Positions 1 to 9,165 of a stretch of DNA of 64,000 bases are shown piece by piece. Source of the stretch: an uncultured Clostridia bacterium (lineage in GTDB: Bacteria; Bacillota; Clostridia; Oscillospirales; Butyricicoccaceae); the NCBI GenBank assembly GCA_944381055.1, contig CALWJQ010000014.1, positions 8,537 through 72,536 of the forward strand. Direction: 5' to 3'. Below the pieces are notes generated by a model. It was not told the origin of the DNA, did not search any database, and saw only the letters and a list, made by a program, of their open reading frames with translations. The first letter of the stretch is position 1. Each line of letters begins with the position of its first letter. A program made the translations under genes and the position numbers.

Positions 1-1
1 C

Positions 2-1411
2 GTCCTGGTATTTCTGCAAAACCGGCTGCACCTGTTCGCGCAAAAAGTCCTCGACCTGCATGGGCGCGCAGCCGACAAAATCCGCGGGATTCATGTGCTT
101 TTCCAGCTCTTCGCGGGTGACGCCGAAGGCAGGGTCGGCCGCAATGCGGTCGAGCAGGTCGTTTTCCCCGCCCTCGACTTTGACGACGCGGCCGGCCTCC
201 ATCGAATGGCGGCGGATGTGCTCGTGCAGCTCCTGCCGGTCTCCGCCGCGCTTGACGGCATCCATCATGATGTTTTCGGTCGCCATGAACGGCAGCTCGG
301 CGCGCAGGTGTTTTTCAATGACTTTGGGGTAGACGACAAGCCCCGAGGCAACGTTGAGGTACAGGCTCAAAATGGCGTCGCACGCCAAAAACGCCTCGGC
401 GACAGAAATGCGCTTATTGGCGCTGTCGTCCAGCGTGCGCTCAAACCACTGGGTCGCCGCCGTGATGGCTGGGTTCTGCGCGTCGGCGATCAGGTAGCGC
501 GCCAGCGACGCGATGCGCTCGGAACGCATGGGGTTTCGCTTGTACGCCATGGCTGACGAGCCAATCTGCGTCTTTTCAAAAGGCTCTTCGACCTCTTTCA
601 GATGGGCGAGCAGCCGGATGTCGTTGGAAAACTTGTGCGCGCTTTGGGCGATTTGCGCCAGCAGGTTGACGACGCGGCTGTCGGTCTTGCGCGAATAGGT
701 CTGGCCCGACACCGGAACCGAACGCTCAAACCCCATTTTACGGGCGACCAGCCTGTCCAATTCCTTGACCTTTTGATAATCGCCGTCAAACAGCTCTAAA
801 AAGCTGGCCTGCGTGCCCGTCGTCCCCTTGACGCCGCGCGGCAGCAAGGTGTTTTGTACGAATTCCAGCTCCTGCAAATCCAGCAGCAGGTCGTTGAGCC
901 ACAACGCAGCGCGCTTGCCGACCGTCGTCGGCTGCGCGGGCTGGAAGTGGGTAAAGCCCAGCGTGGGCAGGTCTTTGTGTTCGCGCGCAAAACCGGCCAG
1001 CACGCGGATAACGGCGACCAGCTTGTCGCGCACCAGCTTCAAAGCCTCGCGCATGATAATGATGTCGGTGTTGTCGCCCACATAGCACGAAGTCGCGCCC
1101 AGGTGGATGATGGGCATGGCCTTGGGGCAGGCTTCGCCAAAGGTATGGACGTGCGCCATGACGTCGTGGCGCAGCCGCTTTTCATGTCTGGCCGCCGCTT
1201 CGAAGTCGATGTCGTCCAGGTGGGCGCGCATTTCATCCAGCTGCTCGTCCGTAATGTTCAGGCCGAGCTCTTTCTCGCTTTCCGCCAGTATGAGCCACAG
1301 GCGGCGCCACGTCGAAAACTTGAACTGCGCGGAAAAGAGCCGCTGCATCTCGTCGCTGGCATAGCGCGAAGAAAGCGGCGACTGGTAGCGTGCGTTCTGA
1401 TTTTGTTCCAT
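2..1411 (-). CDS. purB: adenylosuccinate lyase (last few C-terminal residues cut by window edge)
   Basis: Not in the supplied ORF track because it runs off the window. Reverse-strand ATG at 1411..1409 opens an uninterrupted frame down to position 2. My translation starts [26 protein letters not shown] and contains [16 protein letters not shown] and [15 protein letters not shown], the fumarate-lyase superfamily signature GSxxMxxKxN in a PurB-like context. Confidence 0.9.
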   Translation of the reverse strand, partial: MEQNQNARYQSPLSSRYASDEMQRLFSAQFKFSTWRRLWLILAESEKELGLNITDEQLDEMRAHLDDIDFEAAARHEKRLRHDVMAHVHTFGEACPKAMPIIHLGATSCYVGDNTDIIIMREALKLVRDKLVAVIRVLAGFAREHKDLPTLGFTHFQPAQPTTVGKRAALWLNDLLLDLQELEFVQNTLLPRGVKGTTGTQASFLELFDGDYQKVKELDRLVARKMGFERSVPVSGQTYSRKTDSRVVNLLAQIAQSAHKFSNDIRLLAHLKEVEEPFEKTQIGSSAMAYKRNPMRSERIASLARYLIADAQNPAITAATQWFERTLDDSANKRISVAEAFLACDAILSLYLNVASGLVVYPKVIEKHLRAELPFMATENIMMDAVKRGGDRQELHEHIRRHSMEAGRVVKVEGGENDLLDRIAADPAFGVTREELEKHMNPADFVGCAPMQVEDFLREQVQPVLQKYQD

Positions 1412-1525
1412 AAATCCATCTCCCGGCCGGTTATTTTTCCGAATTGTGTCAAAAACTTGTCAACACCCTCATTCTACAACAAAAAAGGGTCAAATGCAAT
1501 ACGAAGACATCCCGTACGGGCTTTG

Positions 1526-1550
1526 AAAAAGCCGCCCCGGCAGGGGCGGC
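1526..1550 (-). terminator. rho-independent terminator after the LtaS-family gene
   Basis: Stem GCCGCCCC (1531..1538) / GGGGCGGC (1543..1550) with loop GGCA. The A-run 1526..1530 gives a T-run after the hairpin on the minus strand. Confidence 0.7.
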
Positions 1551-1566
1551 TTTCCTGATGCCGGTT

Positions 1567-3591
1567 TCAGGGCTCAAGCCCTAAAGACGCATAGTAATCC
1601 TTGTCCAGGATCAGGCTGGAATAAGCCATTTTATTGGACACAACGGCGGAATAATACTCCTGGTATCCCTCGGGCAGGGGCTCGCCGGCCGTCGGTTCGA
1701 GCTCGCCGGTCCGGGTGTTATAGCGCGCTTTTCCCGTGATATAGCTGCGGTTGGACAAAATGACGAGCGGCTTGGCGTCAGAGAAAACGTCCCGCCCCAT
1801 GAGCAGCCGCGAATCGAAAGCCCAGCCCATCAGGTTGGATACCGTCGGCAGCAGGTCGATGCTGCTGCACGGCTCGTCGATGGTTTCACTTTCCATACCG
1901 TGCCGGTAAATGATACAGGCGTTGCGGTACAGTTCGAAATCGGAATCGATCTCGTGCCCTGCCAGCTCAGACAGTTCTTCAAGCGACAGGCCGTACGGGT
2001 AATGATCCGCTGACAGCACGATGACGGTGTTTTCCAAAACGCCGGCTTCTTCAAGCCGCTCGAGCAGCAGTTCGAGCGCGCGATCCAGCTCGATATTACA
2101 GGCAAGATAGGCCTTTACCCCTTCGGAATAGGGCAGATCCTCGACAAGCGATCGGTTTTTCCCTGCAATGCTGTTGCTCAGAAAATCGTACAGCAAATGC
2201 CCGCTCACCGTCATATAATACGTGTGGAAGGGCTCGTCGCGCACATATTCATCAGTGGTGACGTCGATCATCTCAAGATCGGATTCCGGCCACTGATCGG
2301 TGATTTCCAGCCCGTTGCCCACGCCTTTGTATTCGTCATACCCCAGGTTGGGGTGAGACTTTTCGCGGCCGTAGTACGTGTAAGTGTGGTTGTGGTAGGC
2401 GCGGCAGGAATACCCCAGCGCGCGCAGCTGGTTGCCCGCGGTAAAGGGCAGGGCGTTTTCCGCCGACTGGTACAGGCTCCACACACCCGCTTTTGGATAC
2501 AGGCCGGTCAGCGCGACATACTCCCCGTCCGACGTGCTGACGCCCCACAGAGGCGTATACCAGTTAGCGAACCTGAACCCTTCGTTCGCCAGCCTGTAAA
2601 GGGTCGGCGTCAGCTCCTTGTCAATAGCGTACTGCGAAAACCCCTCGGCCGTGATCCAAATGAGGTTGCAGCCGGCAAACATCCCTGTCTTTTCGTTTTT
2701 CGAGCTCGGTTCCAGGCTGCCGAAATACCGGTGCATGTCGGCAATGGTTTCATCGTTTTCAGCGGCGGCAAGCGCCTCGAAATCAATGTCCAGCGCGTTG
2801 ACACCGTACGTTTCGCGATCCGTCCCGTCGTCTTCGCCGGTTTCTGCCGGCTCGTCCGGCATTTCATCGGGCGACAGCGCCTCGGGCACGGGCGGCGGCG
2901 CCTCAACCTCGTATTCCGGTTCAAAGCCGGTCGCCAGGCGCCACAAATCGATGCGCATGGTGCTTACAACCCCAAGCTGCTCCATGGAATAGTCGATGGA
3001 CACCGTCCGGTAATACAGATCCCACGGGCTGAAATCCTGCGTGCCGGCCAGCGGCAGCGTCAGCCGGCACAGCACATGCAGGCAGGCGGCCATGACAAGC
3101 GTCAGTCCCTGCCGGGCAGGGCGGCGCCTTTCAAAGCACAGCACGCACTGCAGCGGGATCCACAGGAAGAAGGGGATGAGCAGCGTGAGCAGCTGAACCC
3201 AGTTTCGGCGGATGGTGAAGAGGATCTCGTTGATAAACTCCAGCACCTGCCCGCCGTTGGCCGCCGAATAGACGGTATAATATGTGTAAAAGATGCGGTG
3301 GTAAACCATCTGCGATCCGAACAAAAGGGCAGTTCCCAGCACCAGGATCCACGCGATCACACGGTTCAGCCGGCGCGGCAGCGACGTCGACAGCACCCAC
3401 AGCAGCAACGCCGCCGGGACGCAGAAAATCAGGGAAAGCCACAGCCCCGGGCCGTAAAAATCAGGGACTTCCCAGACACGGAAGGTCCATTCAAAGGCCC
3501 ACAGCATCCCAAAATAAAAAAGAGGCAGCGCCAGCGGATGGCGCAGTGCGGAAAGGCACAGCCGGGCTGCCCGCTTCAGCGTTTGCGGCAT
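1567..3591 (-). CDS. LTA synthase (LtaS) family membrane sulfatase / phosphoglycerol-transferase-like protein
   Basis: 674-aa ORF. The N-terminal region is hydrophobic and multi-spanning. It is followed by a sulfatase/alkaline-phosphatase-type domain (WITAEGFS, VLSADHYPYG). A GGAGG-type RBS lies just upstream of ATG 3591. Confidence 0.8.
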   Translation of the reverse strand: MPQTLKRAARLCLSALRHPLALPLFYFGMLWAFEWTFRVWEVPDFYGPGLWLSLIFCVPAALLLWVLSTSLPRRLNRVIAWILVLGTALLFGSQMVYHRIFYTYYTVYSAANGGQVLEFINEILFTIRRNWVQLLTLLIPFFLWIPLQCVLCFERRRPARQGLTLVMAACLHVLCRLTLPLAGTQDFSPWDLYYRTVSIDYSMEQLGVVSTMRIDLWRLATGFEPEYEVEAPPPVPEALSPDEMPDEPAETGEDDGTDRETYGVNALDIDFEALAAAENDETIADMHRYFGSLEPSSKNEKTGMFAGCNLIWITAEGFSQYAIDKELTPTLYRLANEGFRFANWYTPLWGVSTSDGEYVALTGLYPKAGVWSLYQSAENALPFTAGNQLRALGYSCRAYHNHTYTYYGREKSHPNLGYDEYKGVGNGLEITDQWPESDLEMIDVTTDEYVRDEPFHTYYMTVSGHLLYDFLSNSIAGKNRSLVEDLPYSEGVKAYLACNIELDRALELLLERLEEAGVLENTVIVLSADHYPYGLSLEELSELAGHEIDSDFELYRNACIIYRHGMESETIDEPCSSIDLLPTVSNLMGWAFDSRLLMGRDVFSDAKPLVILSNRSYITGKARYNTRTGELEPTAGEPLPEGYQEYYSAVVSNKMAYSSLILDKDYYASLGLEP

Positions 3592-3695
3592 AGAACCCCC
3601 TCCTTCGGCGAGGAGTCGTTTTTCGCAATTTTTACTTTATTATATTCACCGGCTGCAAAAAGTTCAAGCCCGCACCGGCAACCTTAAGAATTCTT

Positions 3696-5066
3696 TCACT
3701 TTTTCCATGCCCGGGCGAGCAGCGCGCAGGCCGGCTCGATGTCGTCTGCCGCCAGTCCCCCGTAACTGAGTACGACGGCCGGCTGGTCCGGCCGCCCGGC
3801 GCCCAGAGCACGGACGCGCACCCCCTGCGCAGCGGCAGCTTCGACCAGCTCGGCTTCGGACATGCCGTTTGACATTCGTACGGGCATGTGCAGCCCGGTG
3901 TGCGTACACAGCGGCTGCGCCCGGCCGCCCAGCGCCTGTTCCAGCGCGCGGACCAGCGCGTCCCGGCGGCCGCGGTAAACGCTGCGGATGCGGTTGATAT
4001 GCCGTGCAAAATGCCCTTCTTCCATCAACCGGCTGAGGGTATGCTGCTCGAACCGCGACACCGTCGACGCATAATCTCCGTACAGCGTCTGCCAGCGCGT
4101 GATAAGCCTTTCGGGCAAAACCATGTACGCCGCGCGGATGGCCGGGGCCAGGCTGCGCGAAAAAGTGCCCAGATAAATGACGCGATCCCCGCCGTCCAGC
4201 CCCTGCAAGGCCGGGATAGGCCGGCCGTCAAAACGGAACTCGCTGTCATAGTCATCTTCAATAACGGTTCGGGCGCCCGCGCGCGCCCATTGCAGCAGCT
4301 CGGCCCGCCGCGGCGCGGGCATGGTGACCCCCGTCGGAAACTGGTGCGACGGCGTGACGCAGGCGGCGCAGCAGTCAGGCTCCAGCCCGCTGACGCGCAT
4401 CCCGTGCTGATCGACGCCGGTTGGACAGACCTGCAGACCCGCATTGCGCAAAACGGCGGCCGTCCTGGCGTAACCCGGGCTTTCGACCGCCACTTTCCGC
4501 CCGTCCAGCAGCCGTGCCGCCATGCCGAGCAGCGTCTCGCTGCCGGCGCCGATGACGACCTGCGACGGCCTGGCACGCACGCCCCGGTACTCGTGCAGGT
4601 ATCGCGCCACAGCGCGGCGCAGGCACGGTTCCCCCTGCGTCTCGCCGGGGTTGAGCAGGGCTTCGCCCCCGCGCATGACGTCGCGGCTGATGCGTTCCCA
4701 TGTGCGCAGGGGGAACAGCGAAGCGTCGATCCCACCGCCGGCAAAGTCATACTGCCACCGCGGCCGCGGCGGGCCGTCTTCTGCCCGGGCCGGGCTTTCG
4801 GGCGGCGGGACCAGCCCCTCGATTCCCTGCGGGCAGACATAATACCCGCTTTTGGGCGCCGCCTGCACATACCCTTCGGCGACCAGCATCTGGTAGGCCG
4901 AATCGACGGTGTTGAGGCTTAACCCCAGGTGCGCGGCCAGCGCCCGGCGCGACGGCAGGCGCTCGCCCGGCGCCAGCCCGGCGCAGCGGATCTCGCCCAG
5001 CAGCATTTCGTACAGCTGGCGGTACAACGGCGCGCCGGACTGAGGGGAAAATGTCAGGTTCTGCAT
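3696..5066 (-). CDS. MocR/PdxR-subfamily GntR transcriptional regulator with aminotransferase-like domain
   Basis: 456 aa. An N-terminal GntR winged-helix (LYRQLYEMLLGEIRCAGLAPGERLPSRRALAAHLGLSLNTVDSAYQMLVAEGYV) is fused to a roughly 350-aa class-I aminotransferase-like domain. Confidence 0.85.
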   Translation of the reverse strand: MQNLTFSPQSGAPLYRQLYEMLLGEIRCAGLAPGERLPSRRALAAHLGLSLNTVDSAYQMLVAEGYVQAAPKSGYYVCPQGIEGLVPPPESPARAEDGPPRPRWQYDFAGGGIDASLFPLRTWERISRDVMRGGEALLNPGETQGEPCLRRAVARYLHEYRGVRARPSQVVIGAGSETLLGMAARLLDGRKVAVESPGYARTAAVLRNAGLQVCPTGVDQHGMRVSGLEPDCCAACVTPSHQFPTGVTMPAPRRAELLQWARAGARTVIEDDYDSEFRFDGRPIPALQGLDGGDRVIYLGTFSRSLAPAIRAAYMVLPERLITRWQTLYGDYASTVSRFEQHTLSRLMEEGHFARHINRIRSVYRGRRDALVRALEQALGGRAQPLCTHTGLHMPVRMSNGMSEAELVEAAAAQGVRVRALGAGRPDQPAVVLSYGGLAADDIEPACALLARAWKK

Positions 5067-5145
5067 GTCTGCTCCTTTCCGTATGCTTCGCAGCGCACAT
5101 CTGAACCCCTGTTTTTTTCATATTCTGGCTATTTAAATGGGTCCA

Positions 5146-5182
5146 ATTTTGTCTTACAATAGCACCAGATCGTGATTTTGTC
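5146..5182. promoter_or_regulatory. direct repeat ATTTTGTC x2 in the MocR / S-component divergent intergenic region (candidate operator)
   Basis: ATTTTGTC occurs at 5146..5153 and again at 5175..5182, a 29-bp offset. Both lie between the divergently transcribed regulator and transporter genes. Confidence 0.3.
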
Positions 5183-5216
5183 AAATCCCCTGTGGGGAAA
5201 ACTGGAGGTTTTTCAC

Positions 5217-5726
5217 ATGAAAGATGCCCGTGTCCGCCTGATTTGCGTCACGGCGATGTTCGCAGCGCTCATTCTGGTCTGTACGATGTTTGTCAAAGTG
5301 CCCGTACCCGCCACGACCGAATACATCCACATCGGCGACGGCGTTTTGTACCTGGCCGCCGCGCTGCTCCCGTTTCCTTACGCCGTCGCGGCGTCAGCCG
5401 TCGGCGCGGCTTTAGCCGACGTCCTGGGATCTGCGGCAATCTGGGCGCCGTTCACCTTTGTCATCAAGGCTGTCATGGCCGTGTGCGTTTCCAGGCTGTG
5501 CACCCCCGGCTGCGGGCGCGGGCGCATGGCGCTGGCTGGGCTGATCGCCGGCGTGATCAACACCGCGCTGTATTTTGCGTCGAGCGCGATTCTGTACGGC
5601 GTCGCGGGCGCGGCCGCCGGCATCCCCTTTAACATCATCCAGTCGGCGCTGGCCGCCGTCATTTTTGTCGTTTTGCTGCCCATGATCCGCACGGCGCTGG
5701 CCGGTATGCTGCCGGAACGCCGGTAA
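5217..5726 (+). CDS. small polytopic membrane protein resembling an ECF-transporter substrate-capture (S) component
   Basis: GGAGG at 5204..5208 followed by ATG 5217; the track start GTG 5172 is less likely. 169 aa, Ala/Gly-rich, with about 5-6 hydrophobic helices (LICVTAMFAALILVCTMFV, GVLYLAAALLPFPYAVAASAVGAALADV). Divergent from a MocR regulator. Confidence 0.6.
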   Translation: MKDARVRLICVTAMFAALILVCTMFVKVPVPATTEYIHIGDGVLYLAAALLPFPYAVAASAVGAALADVLGSAAIWAPFTFVIKAVMAVCVSRLCTPGCGRGRMALAGLIAGVINTALYFASSAILYGVAGAAAGIPFNIIQSALAAVIFVVLLPMIRTALAGMLPERR

Positions 5727-5819
5727 CGCGTACGCCCCGCAGGATACTGCCATTTTCATGCCGGGCGCCAAAGGCCGTACGGCCTCTGGCGCCTGCCGCA
5801 GCTTAGAAGGTGTATAACG

Positions 5820-6758
5820 TTGAAAATTGAAACGCAGCAGATCCCGTCGCAGTTTGACGGGACCCCCCTTTCCATCCTGTTCGCACTGCCCGAGGAAAAT
5901 CCTCGGGCTTTGGTGCAGTTTTCGCACGGCATGTGCGAATACAAAGAGCGTTATCTCCCTTTTATGGAATACCTGACCGCCCAGGGCTTTGCCTGCGTGA
6001 TCAACGACCACCGCGGGCATGGACACAGCGTCCGCAGCGAACGCGACCTGGGCTGGTTCGGTGCCAAGGGACAGGGCGCCGAAGGGCTTTTGCAGGATCT
6101 GTATCAGGTAACCGGGCTGCTGACCGCCCGTTTTCCCGGCCTTCCCCTGTTCCTGTTCGGGCACAGCATGGGCTCGCTCGCCGCACGCTGCTACGCGCGG
6201 CGGTGGGACAGCCGTCTGAACGGCCTGATTGTCTGCGGCTGCCCGGGATACAACCCGGGCGTGACCTTTGGACGCGCCTACTGCCGCATGCTGACCGTTT
6301 TGGGGGCGCAAAAGCATAAAAGCCCCCTGCTCGCGTCGCTGATGTTCGGTTCTTTCAACCGCATGGCGGGCGGTCACGGCCTCAACGGCTGGATCTGCCG
6401 CAACCCCGACACGGTGGCTGCTTATAACCAGGATCCCCTGTGCGGCTTCGTCTTCACCGTCAACGGGTTTGAATCGCTTTTTGACTTGATGGTCGAGTGT
6501 TACAGCCCGTCCGGATGGCGCATGGACAACCCGTCCATGCCCATTCACTTTATCTCCGGCGGCGACGACCCCTGCCGCGTCAGCGACGCGCGGTTTTACG
6601 AGGCTGGCGAGTTTTTGCGCCGCGCCGGATACCGCCAGGTGACGCAGAAGCTGTACCCCGGGCTTCGCCATGAAATCCTGAACGAGGGCGAGATGCAGGT
6701 CTGGCGCGACGCCGCCGGCACGCTGCTCGGCTGGCTTGAGCCCGTCCCGCCGATCTGA
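5820..6758 (+). CDS. alpha/beta hydrolase (lysophospholipase / monoacylglycerol-lipase-like)
   Basis: 312 aa with a TTG start. Contains FSHGMCEYKERY...NDHRGHGHS and the nucleophile elbow GHSMGS. Confidence 0.8.
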   Translation: MKIETQQIPSQFDGTPLSILFALPEENPRALVQFSHGMCEYKERYLPFMEYLTAQGFACVINDHRGHGHSVRSERDLGWFGAKGQGAEGLLQDLYQVTGLLTARFPGLPLFLFGHSMGSLAARCYARRWDSRLNGLIVCGCPGYNPGVTFGRAYCRMLTVLGAQKHKSPLLASLMFGSFNRMAGGHGLNGWICRNPDTVAAYNQDPLCGFVFTVNGFESLFDLMVECYSPSGWRMDNPSMPIHFISGGDDPCRVSDARFYEAGEFLRRAGYRQVTQKLYPGLRHEILNEGEMQVWRDAAGTLLGWLEPVPPI

Positions 6759-6773
6759 CGCCCTGCCGGCGTG

Positions 6774-6810
6774 CAGAAAGCCCCGTACCGCATTGGTACG
6801 GGGCTTTCTG
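6774..6810. terminator. bidirectional hairpin terminator between convergent genes
   Basis: CAGAAAGCCCCGTACC / GGTACGGGGCTTTCTG perfect inverted repeat with a 5-nt loop. It sits between the hydrolase stop (6758) and the SLH gene stop (6822). Confidence 0.75.
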
Positions 6811-6821
6811 TGTTTCGCCGT

Positions 6822-9146
6822 TTAATCGCGGCTGTCGGCCACCAGCAGCCGCACCTGGCCGCCGCTTGACGCTGCCCTGTCGATATAGGCGCTCAAAAGA
6901 TAGCCGTCGGCCAGCACGGTTTCCAGAGCCTCTGTCCCCTCGAGCCACAGCCCGGAGCCGCTGAGATAATAGATCTGCACTTTATTCGAAATACGCACTT
7001 CATCGATGCCGCACTCGGCATACCAGCTGCCGTCCTGCATGAAAAAGTCGCTGCTTGTCATGCTGCCAGCCCGGGTGAGCTTTTGAATATCATAAACCCG
7101 CTGATACCCGTAATCGGTCTGCCCCAGCACAATGCCGGCATAGCTGTTCGTGCCGCTGGCGATGGTGCAAAGGTATTTTTCGCTGGTTCCTCTGCTGTTG
7201 GTCAGGGTGGCGGCGCTGTTGTAAGCGTCCATCCCGTTGGTTCCCAGGTTGATGCCCGCCTCGTCGGGGTACAGGGTCAGCCTGCCGTACTCATAGCAGT
7301 TGCCGGTCACCGCTTCGAGCAGGATTACATCGATCTGCCCGGCTTCATTGACGCGGTAATAGCTGACGTCGCTGGCCGACAGGCTGTCCGTCCAGTCGAT
7401 GGCGCTCAGATCTGCCGACGCTTCGCCCTGGTTTCCTTCCAGGTCATAGACATACCCTGTGCCTGCCCATTCATAAACCGAGCACGCCGGCGCGAGCTCA
7501 CGCTTGCCCAGTGTACGGGCCTCGAGGTCGATTTTGGCTCCGTCCCGCGAGGGCACATGGCAGGACAGGGATGTGGCCGATGTCGCCTGGACGCGGACCA
7601 GCCCGCCGAGCGACGATTCTTCGTAATTCATGTTGTCGGCCGACAGCGTCAGCCCGCTGCCGCACAGGGTGACGCTCCGCCCGTCTTCGGCGAGCACGCC
7701 GATCATCTCGGCTGAAAGCCGTACCGTTGAAATGGCGGCCGCGACCTTGTTGTCGTCGGTCAGCAGCAGGGTGACGCGGTCGCCCAGATCGACGCCGGCC
7801 AGCGTGTCCCACGCACATTCCAGCACTTCAAGGGTACAGCCCGCCATCGTGACGGTCTCGGCCGCGGTCACGTTGGGCGAAGCACCCGTCAAATAGCCGG
7901 TCAGGCGGTAGTCAGATACGCACAGCACCCCCGCCGCCGTATCGTAATAACCGACGTCATACCGCGCCAAATCGTCTTCCGACGCGGCTGCGCCGTTTTT
8001 GGTAATGGTATAGGTCTTATTGGCAATTCCCAGCGCGCGGGCCAGCGAGCTGGCCGCCGACGTCGTCTCGGCCACCGCCGCGTCCGACGTCGACAGCGTT
8101 CCCCCGGGCAGGTAGACGCAGACGACGGCGCCGTCGGAATCGCGGTACAGCCGTGCCGTACGGCCTGTGCGGCCGTCAAGCTCCAGGTACCCGCTTGTGC
8201 TGTACTGCGCGCTTTCACCGCCGGAAACGACGACAGCGCCCGGTGAAATGCGGTATTCCGTCCCGTCCTGTGCCGTCAGCGACGACGCTGTCGCGCTTTT
8301 GATGATCAGTTCGGCGCTGCCGCCGTTCTCGGGCACAAAGCCCAGGACATTGTCGGCGCTGTCGAGCAGCAGAGTGCCCAGGCTGCCTTCCAGCACCTCG
8401 CTCTGGGCCCTGCCCTGGGCATAGTAGGAAAGCCCGTCCGTCCCATTCAGCGAATAGACCATGAGCAGGCCTGTGCCGCCGCCGTGCTCGGCGCCGGTTT
8501 CCAGCAGGATGACCTCTTCGGTCGACGCGACGCCGTCAATGGTCTCGTAAAACGCCTGATCGCTGCCGTTCACGGTCTGCCTGACCGCCCGGTAAAAAAG
8601 CACCGCAGCCTGGCCGCGCGTAATGGCCTGGTAGTCCGTCAGCCCCAGCCCGTCAGACAGGCCGAGGGACTCGCAGTAGCCGGTGTAGTCCTGGGGCCAG
8701 ACCGATCCCGTCTCGGCCGATGTGTAGCCGAGCAGCCGCAGCAGAATGGTGGCCGCCTGTCCGTAGGTCACCGGCTCTTCCGGGCCGAAGGTCCCGTCGC
8801 CGTGGCCCGAAACCAGGCCCTCGCTCGCCGCGAGATTGACATAGCCGTTGTACCACGCCAAACCCGGCACGTCGGAAAACATCGTCCGGCGCGCATAGGC
8901 GCCGGCCTGCTCAGACAGGCCCATGGCGTTGACGGCCATGGTGCACAGCTCGGCGCGGGTCAGCGTGCCGCCGGGCTCAAAGGTCGCAGCCGATGTGCCC
9001 GAAATGATGCCAAGCCCCTGCAAAACAGCGGCGGCCGTCGCCGTTTCGGGATCTGAAATATCGGTAAACGCCGCCTCTGCTCCGCCTGCCAGAGCGAGCA
9101 GGCACAGCATAAAGCACGTTACCATCGCGATAAGGGATTTTTTCAT
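6822..9146 (-). CDS. secreted cell-wall protein with N-terminal SLH (S-layer homology) repeats
   Basis: GGAGG RBS followed by ATG 9146 (MKKSLIAMVTCFMLCLLALAGGAEA signal peptide); the upstream track start 9230 is unlikely. SLH repeats: FTDISDPETATAAAVLQGLGIISGTSAATFEPGGTLTRAEL, FSDVPGLAWYNGYVNLAASEGLVSGHGDGTFGPEEPVTYGQAA, and a third degenerate copy. A C-terminal region of about 570 aa has no recognised domain. Confidence 0.85.
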   Translation of the reverse strand: MKKSLIAMVTCFMLCLLALAGGAEAAFTDISDPETATAAAVLQGLGIISGTSAATFEPGGTLTRAELCTMAVNAMGLSEQAGAYARRTMFSDVPGLAWYNGYVNLAASEGLVSGHGDGTFGPEEPVTYGQAATILLRLLGYTSAETGSVWPQDYTGYCESLGLSDGLGLTDYQAITRGQAAVLFYRAVRQTVNGSDQAFYETIDGVASTEEVILLETGAEHGGGTGLLMVYSLNGTDGLSYYAQGRAQSEVLEGSLGTLLLDSADNVLGFVPENGGSAELIIKSATASSLTAQDGTEYRISPGAVVVSGGESAQYSTSGYLELDGRTGRTARLYRDSDGAVVCVYLPGGTLSTSDAAVAETTSAASSLARALGIANKTYTITKNGAAASEDDLARYDVGYYDTAAGVLCVSDYRLTGYLTGASPNVTAAETVTMAGCTLEVLECAWDTLAGVDLGDRVTLLLTDDNKVAAAISTVRLSAEMIGVLAEDGRSVTLCGSGLTLSADNMNYEESSLGGLVRVQATSATSLSCHVPSRDGAKIDLEARTLGKRELAPACSVYEWAGTGYVYDLEGNQGEASADLSAIDWTDSLSASDVSYYRVNEAGQIDVILLEAVTGNCYEYGRLTLYPDEAGINLGTNGMDAYNSAATLTNSRGTSEKYLCTIASGTNSYAGIVLGQTDYGYQRVYDIQKLTRAGSMTSSDFFMQDGSWYAECGIDEVRISNKVQIYYLSGSGLWLEGTEALETVLADGYLLSAYIDRAASSGGQVRLLVADSRD

Positions 9147-9165
9147 AATTTTCCTCCTGTCTGCG

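Noticed and set aside
1412-1566. Looked for a purine riboswitch or PurR box upstream of purB.
   Set aside because: No recognisable purine-riboswitch three-way junction is present. The region is mostly occupied by the terminator of the neighbouring gene.
2197-3687. 496-aa plus-strand ORF opposite the LtaS-family gene. Similar long ORFs occur at 5412..6671 (-), 10419..11657 (+), 13717..15033 (-), 15115..16509 (+), 22466..23779 (+), 28309..29751 (+), 36967..39021 (+) and 44128..46044 (+).
   Set aside because: All lie antisense to genes with clear family motifs. Their translations are Arg/Ala/Gly/Pro-rich with no recognisable motifs. Long stop-free antisense frames are expected in roughly 60-65% GC DNA.
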